Origin: Scyliorhinus canicula
Taxonomy: Eukaryota
Assembly: GCF_902713615.1 (NCBI RefSeq)
Contig: NC_052164.1
Coordinates: 77,413,830 to 77,477,829, forward strand
Direction: 5' to 3'
DNA: 64,000 nt
Part shown: piece by piece, positions 46,336 to 60,463 of the stretch
Layout: every line of letters begins with the position of its first letter
How positions within the stretch are numbered: the stretch's first letter is position 1
Made by a program: the position numbers and the translations under genes
Notes under the pieces: generated by a model
Seen by the model: only the letters and a program-made list of their open reading frames with translations
What the model was told of the DNA's origin: nothing
Databases searched by the model: none

Positions 46336-46542
46336 TATTAGTAGTGAAGTGATAAATTGGTATTTATTTTCACTGCAAAGATTTCTTACATACAGCCGGA
46401 AATTTTGTCACATTTTGAACATTGTGTATTTTATTTCATAAATTACCCTCTAAAATTCAACCCACAATAAAACCTACACATTTTATAAAAATTGTGTCAC
46501 GCTTGACTTTAGTATTCAGCATCAGTTGAAGTCAGAACCTGA

Positions 46543-46765
46543 CGGTAGCCCGGTGGCACATTACTGCCTCACTGCGCTGAGGACCCGGGTTCAACCCCGG
46601 CCCCGGGTCACTGTCCGCGTGGAGTTTTCGCATTCTCCCCGTGTCTGAGTGGGTCTCACGCTATAACCCAAAAAGATGAGCAGGGTAGGTGAATAGGCCG
46701 CACTAAATTTCCCCTTAATTGGAAAAAAAGAATTGGGTACTCTAAATTTATTTGAAAAAATGTTT
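46543..46765 (+). mobile_element. HE1-like SINE (further copies at about 48390-48740, 50310-50605, 55526-55745, 58813-59132)
   Basis: Shared head ggcagcacggtggc/gggtcactgtc.gtgtggagtttgcac and core ggtggattggccatgctaaattgccc. Confidence 0.85.
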
Positions 46766-47339
46766 TTAAAAGGAAGTCGTAATCTGAACAATATCTGCAT
46801 TGCAGAGATTGGAATAAAGGACTTTAATCAGAGCACTAACCTGCTATATGAGTCCATGCCAGAAAAAGCACCATCGGCTGCAGTAACATGTTTTCCAATC
46901 AACGTCCTCTTTAATCTGTTGAGTTTATTCCTCTCTTCAAAACACCTTACTTGCGCATCTTTCCTTGGTACATAATCCTGGATCGTGAATGGTGTCTCTT
47001 CTCCTGACTGCCTTTATCTTAGTTTAAGTGTTTGGAGCGATAGGTCTAACCATGATCAGCTCGGTTTGATGAATATAGGAAGGAAACACAGATGTTTCTT
47101 TGGGGTGTTGATGGTTTGTGAGTAGCCTGTAGAGTGTGGCGGAAATATTCAAGGTACTTCCACGCAGAAACCACTGATTTTTTTGTGGACTACTTTAATT
47201 ATTGATTAGAGAAACAGGAAAGAGTGAATCATTTGTTTGCATAGAAGGAATTTTTAAAAACACCATATTCATTCAATGCAATTTTTGGTCCTTATTCAGC
47301 CCTACTCCTCTTTTACCGCCTTTTAACTATTTGTATGCC

Positions 47340-47930
47340 GATTGAAGACTTTGGCTTCCTCTTTGCTTTTTAATCTGCCTATTGATGCTTCCATATTCAG
47401 CCTGCTTCTCAAATATATTTTCTTGAGACTTGTCTTCAGTGCCGTTTTCCTTCTTGATCTTGACTTTTGTCTCTTTTATCATTCAGGGACACCTAGATTT
47501 GTTTTTCCTACCTTCCTTTTCAAGGGATTTTACCTCGACTGTGCCCGAAATATCTCATCTTTGAACATTGTCCATGTTCAGCTACTGTTTTTCCTGCCAA
47601 TTTATTCGGTCAAGGTCCGTTCTTATTTCACTTAAGTCGGTTTTCCCCCGATTAATTATTCTTCCTCTGGGTTGTTCCTTGTCATTTTCCATAGTCAGCC
47701 TAAACATTATGATGCAATCATCGCTGTCCCTTAAATTTTCTACTGACACTGAGCCACTTGGCCCACCTCGTTCTCAAGAAACTGTGTAGCAATGCCTCCA
47801 ACCCACCCTATTTTATTGTGGAAATGGTCCAAAATTCTTCCCATCTTACTGGGCACAAGAATTATCAGTCACAAAACTTGTAACAGACACTATAATCAGG
47901 TATTAGAAAAACCCTTCTGTCATTAAAATA
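47340..47930 (-). mobile_element. Degraded CR1 ORF2 fragment (endonuclease-RT linker)
   Basis: Reverse complement resembles 19600-20000 of the intact CR1. Confidence 0.6.
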
Positions 47931-49779
47931 GGAGGGTTTTTTTATACCAAGTTTGTACTTATTACCTGTGGAGGTCAGGGGACCTTCCTCAGCTTCGCGA
48001 ATGATTGGTTTCACTGACAAAAATTTTAGAGCCTCAAAGCTTTAGTTCCTTTGGATGGGATAGATCCATAAGCGAAGCTCCCTTTCTGCTTTTCCCATCT
48101 TTCCTGTATCCATTCAAAAATCTCTGGTCACTCAATCCTGAACCCAAATAGCGCCAGGCTTTACGTCTTTCTCAAAAACCACCTGGCTCGCCACTTCTCA
48201 GGTCTTAAGATTCTGAACGTTCAAGGTGGGTAGAGGTGGATTATTTCTCCTGGTCAAACAGACCATAAGGCAGAAGCATAAATTTTTTAAGTCAGAACAA
48301 CAACAAAAGAAAACGGATTGGGGGTGGTTAACTGTCTTTTGAACAAAAAACTGCAGGAAACAGATGTGGAAAATAGCTGTAGAAAAATGGTGGCACATTA
48401 GCACAGTGGTTAGCACTGCTGCCCTCATAGAGTGGTACAATGACGTAGTGGTTAGTACTGCTGCCTCATGGCGCCGAGGATGGGGTTTGATCCCGGCCCT
48501 GGGTCACTGTCCATGTAGAGTTTGCACATTCTCCCTGTGCGTGGGTCTCAGCCCCACAACCCAAAGATGTGCAGGGTAGGTGATTTGGCTATTATAAATT
48601 GCCCTTTGATGTTCAAAGATGTGCAAGTTAGGTGGGGTTGCGGGGATTAGGCCGGTGTATGGGCATAGATAGAATGCTCTTTCAAAGGGTCGGCGCAGAC
48701 TCGATGGGCTGGGTGGCCTCCTTCTGTACTGTAGGAATTGTATTATTCTGTGAAAACTTTCCTGAACTTACACGAGGACTGTTGATCCTTTCTGCAATAA
48801 CCTCTTGCCATTGCTGGTTACTAAATTGTCTGCCTCTGAAGATTCACACAGGAAATGTTCGATGAGATTTTGTTTGCCTTTTACCTTCCTGTTGAAGTGC
48901 AACAGTAATGAAGAAGTTACGGCTAATTATGGCAATTGATTTTTATTAATGAGCCTTTATTGAAGGACAACAACAAGTTAACTTCTAGTCTGAGACTTTG
49001 CTCGCTGTGAGGTGATTTGTTGCATGAAATGTGGTCGAAAACGATTTAAAGTGACCAATACCACCTGAATAGGAAAACATGTTTGGCAACTGCTAACCTT
49101 ACAATGACATGAGGAGCAGGATAAGCCAGTTTGGGTCAACCATCAGCAGGAAATAGATGGCCTCTGTGCCTCGTGATTAAAGATCAAAAGCTGCTTAAAG
49201 TGAATGTAAACATCAGTTAGAAAGATCAGTCAAGTCGGCCACCAGTCAAAGAGTAATCAACATCTGTCTACCAAATAACGCACACATGCACAGACTGAAA
49301 CTATGGACAGTCACAGCAAGCAGGTAACCTGGGGTCAGCTCCACTGAAAGCCTACATCACCATCAGAAAGCAACCCAAGGGGTGTAAATATTATACTTGG
49401 GGAGGCTGTGGCACTGGACCAGTAATCCAAGGGCCCAGGATAACACTCTCGGGATCCAGGTTTGAACCTACCACAGCAATTCCATGAGGTAGAAAGAACC
49501 CCCAGTGGTAAAAAGCTTTGTGAGTCATTCATCATCTTTCTATTTCCTCAACCAAGGATTCCCTTCCATCATTTCCCACACTTCTGCTCACACCCCTTAC
49601 CCTCGTTCCCAGAACTTTGGTTGAAACTTTCTGGTCCCGTGGAGTCTTAGGATAATTTGATGCATCAGCAAAAGGTCGTTGACCTCGGATGGTTAATTTC
49701 TGGTCCTGGGGTGGGCAGGTCTGGAAAATCCCATGCTATATTAGGGTTCTCTTCGTCTTCAGTTTCCATCCCAACAGCC

Positions 49780-50180
49780 TCCCCATTCAATGGATCACCC
49801 CCTGCCACTTCTGTTCCACTCGATACCACCACCAAATCCCCCTTTTCCTCCCCTTTTATCTTCACAAGGAGCTGTTCTCTCTGGTTCACTCTTCATCACC
49901 TTCTTCCCCTCTGTTGACACAAGCACAGGAGATGCAGCCACTTTTGCCTCCTCCTTTCATACTCTCCGAGGCTTTATGCATTCCTTTCACCTGAGACAAT
50001 TTACTTGCACTTCTTTTCAGTACAATACTGTATTCACCTCAATGATGTATTCACCTTTACATAGCGAAGCCGAAGATAGATTGGACAATCACTTTGCAGC
50101 ACACCTCCATCCAGTCCACAAGCAAGACCCACAGATTCATCAAGCTGCCATTCTGACCTCTCTGTCCTTGACCTCCTATG
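49780..50180 (+). mobile_element. Penelope-like element GIY-YIG endonuclease remnant
   Basis: QFTCTS...SEAEDRLDNHFAAHL.PV.K.DP resembles the PLE motif FTCTS.NLVY.I.C..C...YIGET.R.L..RF.EHL; recalled, not searched. Confidence 0.6.
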
Positions 50181-52739
50181 TTGTTCCAATTGTTCTCTTT
50201 GTCACTTTACCACCATTCACACTCAACACTGAGTTTGACGTTTAAAATGATAATCACTGCTCCCACATTTTTGGATTGCTTCCTCCTGCAGGCTCCGACT
50301 TGTGCAATGGCATGGCATGGTGGAAAATGGGTCGCACTGCTGCCTCACAGTGCCAAGGACCTGGGTTCAATTCCGACATTGGGTGACTGCGGAGGTTTCC
50401 TCCGGGTGCTCAGGTTTCCTCCCACAGTCCAAAGATGTGCATGTTATGTGGATTGGCCATGCTACGGGTTGGGTTGCAGGAATGGGTGGGTAGGAGGGGG
50501 GGAGGGGGGAATTGGGCCTAGGTGGGGTGGTCTTTCGAAGGATCGGTGCAGATTTGATTTGACGGGCCATATGGCCTCCTTCTGCACCGTAGGGCTTCTA
50601 TGATTAATATTTTTCAGAGAGCAGCGCACAACCCTTCTGATGACCCTGGCTGGGGCCTGGAGGGACGGGGTTCACACACTGCCAAACACCAGGTCACGAG
50701 GGGACCTAGGGTCCATGTCATAAATGGAGGTCGTATCACTGTCCTGACTGAACAGCCAGAACTTCTGAGTTGAAAGATCGGCTTCAAAAAAAAGTTGGAG
50801 CTGTCAAAACTGATAGCTCCGATTGTTCTTTTTAATGCCAGCCACCACAAATCCTTTCTTTTGTCGCTGTGACTTACATTATTTAACTTCATTTTTAAAT
50901 TTCTGTTTTAAATTTGTGCTCCCCCCCCTTACTGTCTGATTGACCAGTGGAAATAATCTGACCCATCCCTCTTGAACTTTCAGAATCTTGAAGACCTCAA
51001 AATTGGCGACCCAAAAGATACTTGGGACAGATTTTAAGCCTGGGGCACTATTTTGGATCAATAACGAGTGACCAGAGATAGTTAGCCAATAAGAGCATAA
51101 GACGTATGAGCAAAAGTAGGCCATTCAGCCCATTCAATGAGATCATGATCGATCTGACATGATAATCCTTATTGATTCCCTTACTGATTAAAAATATGTC
51201 CATCTCAGTCTTCAACATATTTAATGACCCAGTCTCTACAACTTTCTGTAGTAAAGAATTGCACAGATCACTACACTGAGAGAAGAAATTTCTCCTGATC
51301 TGTTTTAAATGGACTACACGTTACTCTGACATTATACTCTCCAGTCCTAGACTCTCCAACAGGGAGAAACAACCTCTCAGCATCCACTCTGTCAAGAATC
51401 CTCTGTGTTGGAGGAGTACAGGACAGAGGAGGAAAGTACAAGATCAGTGTGTGAATGGATAAAGGTAGTTTCATTTATGGGTCTATCGCGCCCAAAGGAG
51501 CTAAAGCTTCGAAGTTCTATCAATCACGTACAAAGCTGTGGAAGGTCCCCTGATTTCCACAGGTAGTACACAAACTTGGTCAAAACACAGCTTTTTTTTA
51601 ACGTTAGAATGTTTTTTTTTGATACTTTATTTATAATCTGTTGCAAGTTTTGTAATTACATCACAACTGACAATGCTTGATGGGAAGGATATCGAATGAT
51701 TTCCACATTAAAATAACTCCAGAAATTGGATAGGTTTTCCTGTTATGTGAGTTTCACATTCATCCTGCATATCTACTCACTGAAATCAATTTCTGAAACC
51801 ATAAAAATCTATGATACTGGCATACTCAACACGCTCAGACATTGCCCTTGTTCTGCTCATTTAACCAAACAAATCTACCCTCAACAGGAATGCCTCTGTT
51901 GACGCAGTAGAAAAAATTTCATGTGAATCTTTAACATGTTCACGTGTCAACTGACCCACAGTGACATTTCACATCTTGTTGATCCAGCCAGATCGTTCAA
52001 GATGTTAATAACAGGGTTGAAAAAAAATTATGAAGTTAGAAATCAATCTGCATTGTGCCACAAGTGTGTGAAGTGGAAAAGACAGCAAACAATTTGGTTG
52101 AATCCAGCCGGATTATAAACTCATGTTTTTGCTTTTGAAACGCAAAAATAAGTAATGTTTATTGTACTGAGTGTAAAATAACTTTCACCTTGAAATGTCT
52201 ATGAAAGAGGTTGTTTTCTCACCCTGACTTGGTCACCTTGTTTTATTGTGAAGAATAAAAATGTATTGGGCTGGATACTCCGTTCCCGAGATCATGGACG
52301 TGTTTCTCCGACCCGCTGCACCTGATTTCTAGTACGGCCTGCCTTCGGGGTCCTCCGCTTCACTGGCTGGTCAATGGGGTTTCCCACTGCCCCAGGCTGC
52401 CGGCAAAATGGTGAATCCCGATGGTGGAGAATTTAAACAAAATCCAATATGTTTGTGTCGAGAACTACTTTCTTTCTTGAGCTTTGACAAAGAGTCATCG
52501 GAACTAGAAACGTTAGCTCGTTTCTCTCCCTACAGATGCTGCCAGACTTGCTGAGATTTTCCAGCATTTTCTCTTTCGTTTCAGATTCCAGCATCCACAG
52601 TAATTTGCTTTTATTACTTTCTTCCTCTGTTGTCCCAGCTGCAATTCGCTGCATTTTAATTTGATGGTCTCTCTCTTTATCCTTTTCTCTTTGTACCATT
52701 ACCAACGGCGCGCCACATCAGAAATCTGGTGCGGCGGGA

Positions 52740-54320
52740 CAGAGAGACCCACCTGTTTGGTTGTGTGCTGGCACTTCCAAAATTTGATGAAAGGAATGCA
52801 GGGCATTTTTTAACACCTTTGAAAAAATAGCTAAACAGGTTAAATGGTCACTAGAGATTTGGACGCTGTTCTTATGAAGTAAATTTTTGGGCTAGTGAAG
52901 TCTACCTACCTTTGTCAGAGGAAAGTTTTGGGGAATATGAGATGGTGAAGAGAGCTAATCTGAGTGCTCATGAACTATTATCAGAGGCCTACAGATATAA
53001 GTTTTGAAATGTAAGAAAATAGTCTGGATAGATTTATATTGAATGTGAAACTTTTGAACAAAGTAATTTTGATAAGTGGGCTGGAGCATGAAAAATAGAA
53101 AATAAAACTATGAGGCCCTTAGGGAAGTAATTCTGTTGGAAGAATTTAAAGAATCCTTACCTACAATCATAAGGACTCATGTTGAACAACAGAGTTAAAA
53201 CTGCAAGATATGCAGCAGAGCTTGCTGACAGTTATGAGTTAGTTTATAGGTCAAAGCCTTTCGTGTAACACTCTTTTAAACCTGAGAAAGATAGAACTGG
53301 GAAGGTGTGAGAAAGGACAGTCAGGCAAGAGAGGGAGTGATTGCAAATTCCAAGGAGACTTCACCTCAAAATAAAAAAAAGTACTTCAGAACAGATAAGA
53401 AAAATTAGGAAAGTTAGATGCTTTCATTGTAATAAATTGAGCTGCACCAAGTCAGCATGCTGGATTTACATTGAAAGCCAGTTGGAGTTATACATTTTAA
53501 AAGGGGAAATATCAAATCAGAGGCTGGAGAACAGGACAAGCAGGCAGGAATATAGCAAACAATAGGAATGAAAATGAAAACACACATGGTACAGGGGTAG
53601 AGTGACCAGCAGATAGCTAATATGTTTAAGAATTTTGTGTGCGATGATCAAGTATTTTCATGTGGACAGACTAGAATGGGGAAAGCTATTCAAATTTTAA
53701 GAGCTATAGAAGCAAGTCATTCCCTAATGCTGTGGGGTAAAGATAAAGATATTTGTTGTTCATAAGACATATTGAAGGAAGAGGTTCTGGTCAGCAGTAT
53801 TCATGGTGCTGTCAGGAGAATTCCTTCGGCAAAAATAAAATTAAGAAGTCGCTTGAAGGTAGGAGGCATGGTTATAGGAAACATTGTCCATTGCAGGGAT
53901 TCGCTTAATTCTAGGGAATGGGAATGACATAGCAGTATCTTAGATTGTAGTGAGGCCTACTGTGGTTCAAAAGCTGAAAGCAAACCCAGCTGCAGAGAAA
54001 TTGCAAACATACCATCTGGGCATTTTTTCTGATTGTGTATTGATGAGATCACAGGCTCATAAGATAAGACAAAAGAGGGAGGATTTGAGAGCATAGGATG
54101 AGGCAAGTGAGATCAGGCTATCTGATATAATCTTTAGCCAGCTGAAGGAAGATGAACAAAATAAAGGGAAAGAGACAGATGTGTTTAATTTAAAGAGACT
54201 CATAGAAATGCAACACGGTGATTTCAAATAAAAAGAAATCTATCAGACCGCATTGGGTCACCAAACAGCAGTGGTAATGTAATTCACAGTGTAAGTCGGG
54301 AAATTTGTGGTGTGTATAAC
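52740..54320 (+). mobile_element. Degraded Gypsy gag/protease region (SCAN-like gag type)
   Basis: ALPKFDER...FNTFEKIAKQVKW..EIWTL, EVILLEEFK, VRCFHCNK remnants. Confidence 0.65.
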
Positions 54321-54329
54321 AATGGTAAT

Positions 54330-55520
54330 GCTGTAATCATGGGGCATCTATCTGTATGTAAACTGAGTGAACACAATCTATATTATTGTTGAGGAGGATG
54401 AATCTTTGGAATGTATGCAAGATGGTTTTCTGAAATGGCATGTTGAGGATCTAACTCGGGGATAGACTATTTTAGATTTAGTATTGTGCAATGAACAAAC
54501 ACTGAATAATAATCTTGTTGTAAAGGAACCTTTAGGAAAGCGTGACCATAATACGACAGAATTTTACTTTAAGTTTGAAAGTGATATAGTTCAATCAGAG
54601 ACTAGGGTATCCTCAGTGCAGGATGAGATCGGGGCGCCATTTTTAAATGGTGCCCTGATTGCTCAAATCCCCGACATGACCCCTCCCCCAAGCCCCAACT
54701 CACTGATAGGGGGGACCTTCGACACCCCCTGCACCCACACAGGGCACTGCCAGGCGTGATCCATTGCACATGATAAATTCCAGTCTGGCACCTTGGCACT
54801 GCCAGCCTTACAGTGCCCCTGCCACCAGGGCAATGCAGTCTGGCATCCGTGTGGTACTGCCAGGCTGCCACTGCCAGGGTGCCAGACTTGAAGTACTAAG
54901 GAGCCAGGATGGCACCGGCAGTGTCAGGGTGCCATCCTGCTCAGTGGGCAACCTCCTGGGGGCCTCCACCCTCCTGGGAGACCCCCATAAGTGCCGTACC
55001 ATCTGACGCCTGTTTGTGGAAACTGCACTGAACAGTACTCGCCCGAGATCTGCAAGGCAAAGGAGATAGATCCCACAGCTTGATCTCGGGAATTCATATT
55101 GGAGTGAAACTAGCAGTCTCGCTCTAAAATGCAGATTTACTAAAAAGTGATCTGCCCACAGTGGGCGGGATTCACATTGTAACATCTCGCTAGATTGCGT
55201 TAGATCTCATGAGGTGTAGATCCCGGTGTTGCGCCGCGCCCTTAAGGGCTTAATGCAGCCAGCAGATCTTGCCCAAAGAGTTGGAATGAATGAGACATTT
55301 TCAAGTTGGCAGGTTGTACTGTAAGGATCAGTACCTGGGACCTAGCAATTTACAATATGTGTCAGTGATTTGAATGTGGGGAGTAAATGTAATATTTCCA
55401 TGTTTGCAGATGACACAAAAGTAGGTGGAAGTGTGAGCTGCGAAGAGGATGCAAAGTCCCTTCAAGGGGTTGTGGAGGGGTAAAGAGAGTGGGCAAATAT
55501 TTGGCAGGTGAAATACTGCC
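54330..55520 (+). mobile_element. CR1 fragments split by a GC-rich non-autonomous DNA element (about 54611-55240)
   Basis: LGKRDHNT.EF endonuclease end; SMFADDTK.GG RT remnant; internal gtgccagg-rich insert. Confidence 0.6.
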
Positions 55521-57086
55521 AAATAGGGCAGCATGGTAGCACAGTAGTTGGCACGGCTGCTTCACAGCTCCAGGGTCCCAGGTTCGCTTCCTGGCTTGAG
55601 CTACTGTCTGTGCGGAGACTGCACGTTCTTCCCGTGTCTGCGTGGGTTTCCACCGGGTGATCCGGTTTCCTCCCACAGTCCAAAGATGTGCAACTGAGGT
55701 GGATTGGCCATGATAAATTGCTCTTAGTGTCCAAAACGGTTAGGTGGGTGTTATAACCTTCCTGCTTACCATTGGCTGGGGACTAATGACAATCCCACAA
55801 TCCTATGGGAGTATGAGCTTCCCCAATGAGGGGGGGGGCGGAGAAATCATTAGTAGACTCCCTGCATAAATAGAGCTGGCCAGTTTGGAACCAGCCAGAA
55901 AGAGGGAGTGAGCAGCAACGCAGCCGCCGCCGCCCGAGCCGCTGCGTGTTAATTCTGCGTAGCCTTAAAACCCGTGCTGGATTCTTGAGTTAGGGTGGAG
56001 GCGTGTGAGACTCTTTCCAAGGGCCGGTGCAGACCCGATGGGCCAAATGGCCTCCTTCTGCACTATAAATTCTGTGACTCTGACATGGGGAGAAATGCAG
56101 GATTATCCACTTTGGTCGGGAACATACAAATACAGAGGCCGGGGTTTTCTGGCTGGGCTGCTTCTTATCTTCTCATGCACTTTGCAGGCCTCAGCTGAGC
56201 AGACTTGTCATTTGTGCTGTTTCTTTGCATTGCTGTGTGAGCACTTCAAGATGGCTGGTGTAGTGTTTCCTGCCCTTTTTGCCAGTTTAACAAGCTTTTA
56301 CAAGCTTTGGGCCTAAACTGCCAGTGAATATCTCCGATGCCTCGGTGCGTTGGTGGGTGAGACCCCAAATTTGCTTGCTTAGTTCAACCTGGCTAATGTC
56401 ACAAAATGATTGACCGAGTCTGCGGTCATCTTTCCAAGCCCCATATCTGCGAAATCTAGCTAACATAAAAGGGTCAGTCAGTCGTCGTTCAACAGATTCC
56501 CCCAGTTTGCTTGATTTCAGGTAGAAGCTCTGTCACCCGGAACTGATGTTCTGTTTCAGAGTAAAAATCATGATGACGGCTTTTAAAACCGATTCAAAGT
56601 CTGCAGAAGACTTCTACCCCTATCTAAGAATGATCTCACCAGCAATAGAACTTGCAGTGTCGAGGATTAAACTGACCTGGTCCCTCTACTCCTCGCCAAG
56701 GAGACTTGGGGCTGCTCAGAATCTCAAGATATTATCTCATCACGGCTTCCAAAGTCAGCTTCTGTGCAGGCCCTCGAGACTTTCAAAAAGGTGGGTATCG
56801 AGTGTCCCCATCACACCCCTTTCCTGTTGGTCTCCTGCTTAGGCATGTTTGCAGATTATCATTCTGATCAAAGTTTTGCTCCAGTTGTGGGTTGTGGGTG
56901 TTCTGTCAATGGCACCCACTCTTGATTTAGATCGGTGTCACCACCCCAGCTGCCATATTTCACAACTGTAGTGCAGTGTATCTGATCTAGAGTGCCTGCA
57001 GACTGACTCAGGAAGTTACTTCAAACCGGTTTATTTTACACAATATGCACTGTATACATGGAGAGATAACTGGCAGATATAGACCT

Positions 57087-57733
57087 GGGCCGGGATTCTC
57101 CCCTACCCGGCGGGGCGGGGGTCCCGGCGCGCCAGAGTGGCTCCCGCTCCTCCAACTGAAACGAACGGCCTTTGGCGCCCCGCCGACTGGCACTACGGCT
57201 GACCGAAAGGCCTTCGCCGGTCGGCGTGAGTCCGCGGATGCGCCGGAGTGTCAGCGGCCGCTGATGTCACCCCGGCGCATGCGCGGTGGAGGGGGTCTCT
57301 TCTGCCTCCGCCATGGTGGAGGCCGTGGCGGCAGTGGAAGAAAAAGAGTGCCCCCACGGCACAGGGCCGCCCACCGATCGGTGGGCCCCGATCGGGGGCC
57401 AGGGCACCGTGGGGGCACCCCCCCCCCGGGGTCAGATCGCCCCGCACCCCCCCCCCCCCACCCCCCCCAGGACCCCGGGGCCCGCTCACGCTGCCTGCTC
57501 CCGCCGGCACCAGAGGTGGTTTAAACCACGTCGGCGGGAGGGGCCTGACAGTGGTGGGACTTCGGCCCATCGCGGGCCGGAGAATCGCCGCGGGGGGCCC
57601 GCCAACCGGCGCGGCGTGATTCCCGCCCCCGCCGATTCCTGGGTGGCGGAGAATTCCGGCCACGGCGGGGGCGGGATTTACGCTGGCCCGGGGCGATTCT
57701 CCGACCCTGCGGGGGGTCGGAGAATTCCGCACC
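57087..57733. mobile_element. Harbinger-type MITE
   Basis: gggccgggattctcc...ggagaattccgcacc; internal similarity to the MITEs at 18212 and 38979. Confidence 0.82.
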
Positions 57734-60463
57734 TGAAGTTGATCACGAGGGAACAGAGTTTGTGACAAAAACAAAGAAAATTACTATGAAATGTTTCATA
57801 TTTAGTTGTGGGATGTTTCTGCATTTCCACTCTTGGATGTCGGACCTGCAACCTAATAAACGAGCACATCTAGGCACATCTCTTCTGAGTGCTGCCTGCA
57901 CAATCTGCTGTACAGAGTCTCCGGCACATGACTGCCAACGTCACTGTTAACTCGTGGTCTACTTGAGTCACTGCCATAAATAACTATTCTATGAGCACAT
58001 TGTTCTGCACTAGTCTGCAATATCTGACAAAAGGATTATTGTCTTCATCAGCAGCTATGTTTGCAGAGAGAACGGAATTCTGCACCACAAATAGTTGTTG
58101 AAGCAGGTCACTGCTTCAAAAGTGAATTATTTCTTTGATAACAAGGAATATTAGAGTGGCTGGGAGATTGCAATCAAAGTAGTAGCTCGCGGTGGAATAC
58201 ACAGCTGCAGGTTTTGTGAACTGTGATAGCTTCTATAAGGACAGCTGGACTATTGTAAGCTGTCCAAGGGCCTTCCCTGCTCTCAGCAACCACCAGGTTT
58301 CAATAAATGTCAGTTGCTGAGGGTAGGAAGGGGCAGGCAGTTGATTGGATGAGCAACAGGCCTGGAAAAATCAGAACTGAGTGCTTTCTTTTGAAGGTCT
58401 TGCATTATCTTCCTTTGAAGTGGTTTATTCCTGCTAAATACAATCAACTGGGGAACCGAATGAAACAAGACAAGACTGTGTTCAGTGCTAAAAGCTGAAT
58501 TTAAGTGGCCTGTGGGTGTCACATAGAATGGGGTGGGTGGACATCCCACCACCTTCCTGCCCATCCACTGTTCACCCTCATTGCGGGGAGGAAGGCACCA
58601 AAACAACATGCCGCCGTCACCCACCATAGTTAGATGAAGCAGTAAGTATCAGTTGGGGTTGTTATAATTATGAGTTCTTGGACCTCGCTCCCTGGACCTG
58701 CTGGTATATACTGAAGAGCACCTCCTGACCATCAAGGCACTTGAGTTGCACCTTCATCATGCCACTGGTTTGCCCAATGACCAATCCAGTGATGATATGC
58801 CATTCATCGCATAGGGCAGCATGGTAGCACAAGTGGATAGCACTGTGGCTTCACAGCGCCAGGGTCCCAGGTTCGATTCCCTGCTGGGTCACTGTCTGTC
58901 CGGAGTCTGCACGTTCTCCCCATGTCTGCGTGGGTTTCCTCCGGGTGCTCCGGTTCCCTCCCACAGTCCAAAGACGTGCGGGTTAGGTGGATTGGCCATG
59001 CTAAATTGCCCTTAGTGACCAAGAAGGTTAGGAGGGGTTATTGGGTTACGGGATAGGGTGGAAGTGAGGGCTTAAGTGGGTCGATGCAGACTCGATGGGC
59101 CGAATGGCTTCCTTCTGCACTGTATGTTCTATGTTCCTGGGTCTCACTCTTTGGTTTCCGAAAGTGAGGTTTGAACATCCAGGCACAAGACGGGAGCACA
59201 GGACCTGTTTAGAGGAAGAAAAGGAGGAAGATGAGAAGGTAGAATGTGATTTGGGAAATACTATCAATCGCACACACATTGCTGCCTGGATTGTCCTCAT
59301 TATTATGAAGTCTCTCTCTCTCCATGTGTACACTGACAACATACTGCTTGACCTGACCAACACGTCTCTCAATCCTTCCACTGTCTGTAAATTATTGGGT
59401 TGCTGGTCCGACATCCAATAGTGGATGTGCAGAAACATCCCCCAATTAAATAGAAAAAAAATCATAACCATTTTCTTTGCTTCTGTCACAAACTCTGTTC
59501 CCTCATGATCAACTTTATGCCCATACCTGCCGGTTATCTGAGGATGAGCCAGATTTTGTGAAACCTCTGTGTCATATTTGACCCCGAGATGAGCTTCTGC
59601 CTTCACTTCCACTAAGACCACCTACTTCTAAATCCAAAACAACATCTGACTCTGATCCCCCCTTCCACTCATCCATGCCTTTGTTACCTCAAGCTCATTC
59701 CTGGCCACCATTCTGTATTCTCCCTCCTACAAACTTCTACATACAAAATGCTGCCCATGTTTCAAATTAAGTAAAGTCCAGTTCACCTAGCACCCCTGTG
59801 CTGTTTGACAGACACTAGCTCCGCGTTGAGTAGCACTTTTGTTCCAAAATCCCTGATGTAGACTAAATGGTTCAATGAAGAGTACAGGAGGGCATTAAGG
59901 ATCCTTAACGTACCTAAAAATGACCAAGGACAAATGGACAAAACACTGCTTTCACAAAATGTAGTCTCTCCTCTTCAGGATAACAACACCATCTGTCAAA
60001 GCTGGAAATACTATTTCCACCAGATCCTCAACTGCGAATTCACAGTTGCAGTTGATACTTCACAGGTCATCGCCCAGCACCCTGTTGTTGAATCCATGGG
60101 TGGTCAGTCGTGATGGGAAAGCAGCAACAAGCAATCAAATGGATGGAAAATTACAAAGACTAAGCCCTGATGCTCTTCTAGCTGAGGTCTTCAATGCTGG
60201 TGATAGCTTTGCTCACTTCAAGGCTGCATGCACTCAGCCAACAGATTGGGATGAAAAAGAACTCTCCACACAAGCCCACACCCATCGTATAGGGCAGCAT
60301 TTAGTGACATAAACCTTTATCCAAGGGTTCTACGTCGTATCGCTGGTGGGTGACCTCTGATTCGCCTACCTCACCATCACCTCAGCACTGCAATCATTGG
60401 GACACCACATTTAAAGGCTGGCCTAGTGTACTTGAGCCTCACTCCTTAGGTGACTGGGAAGTA

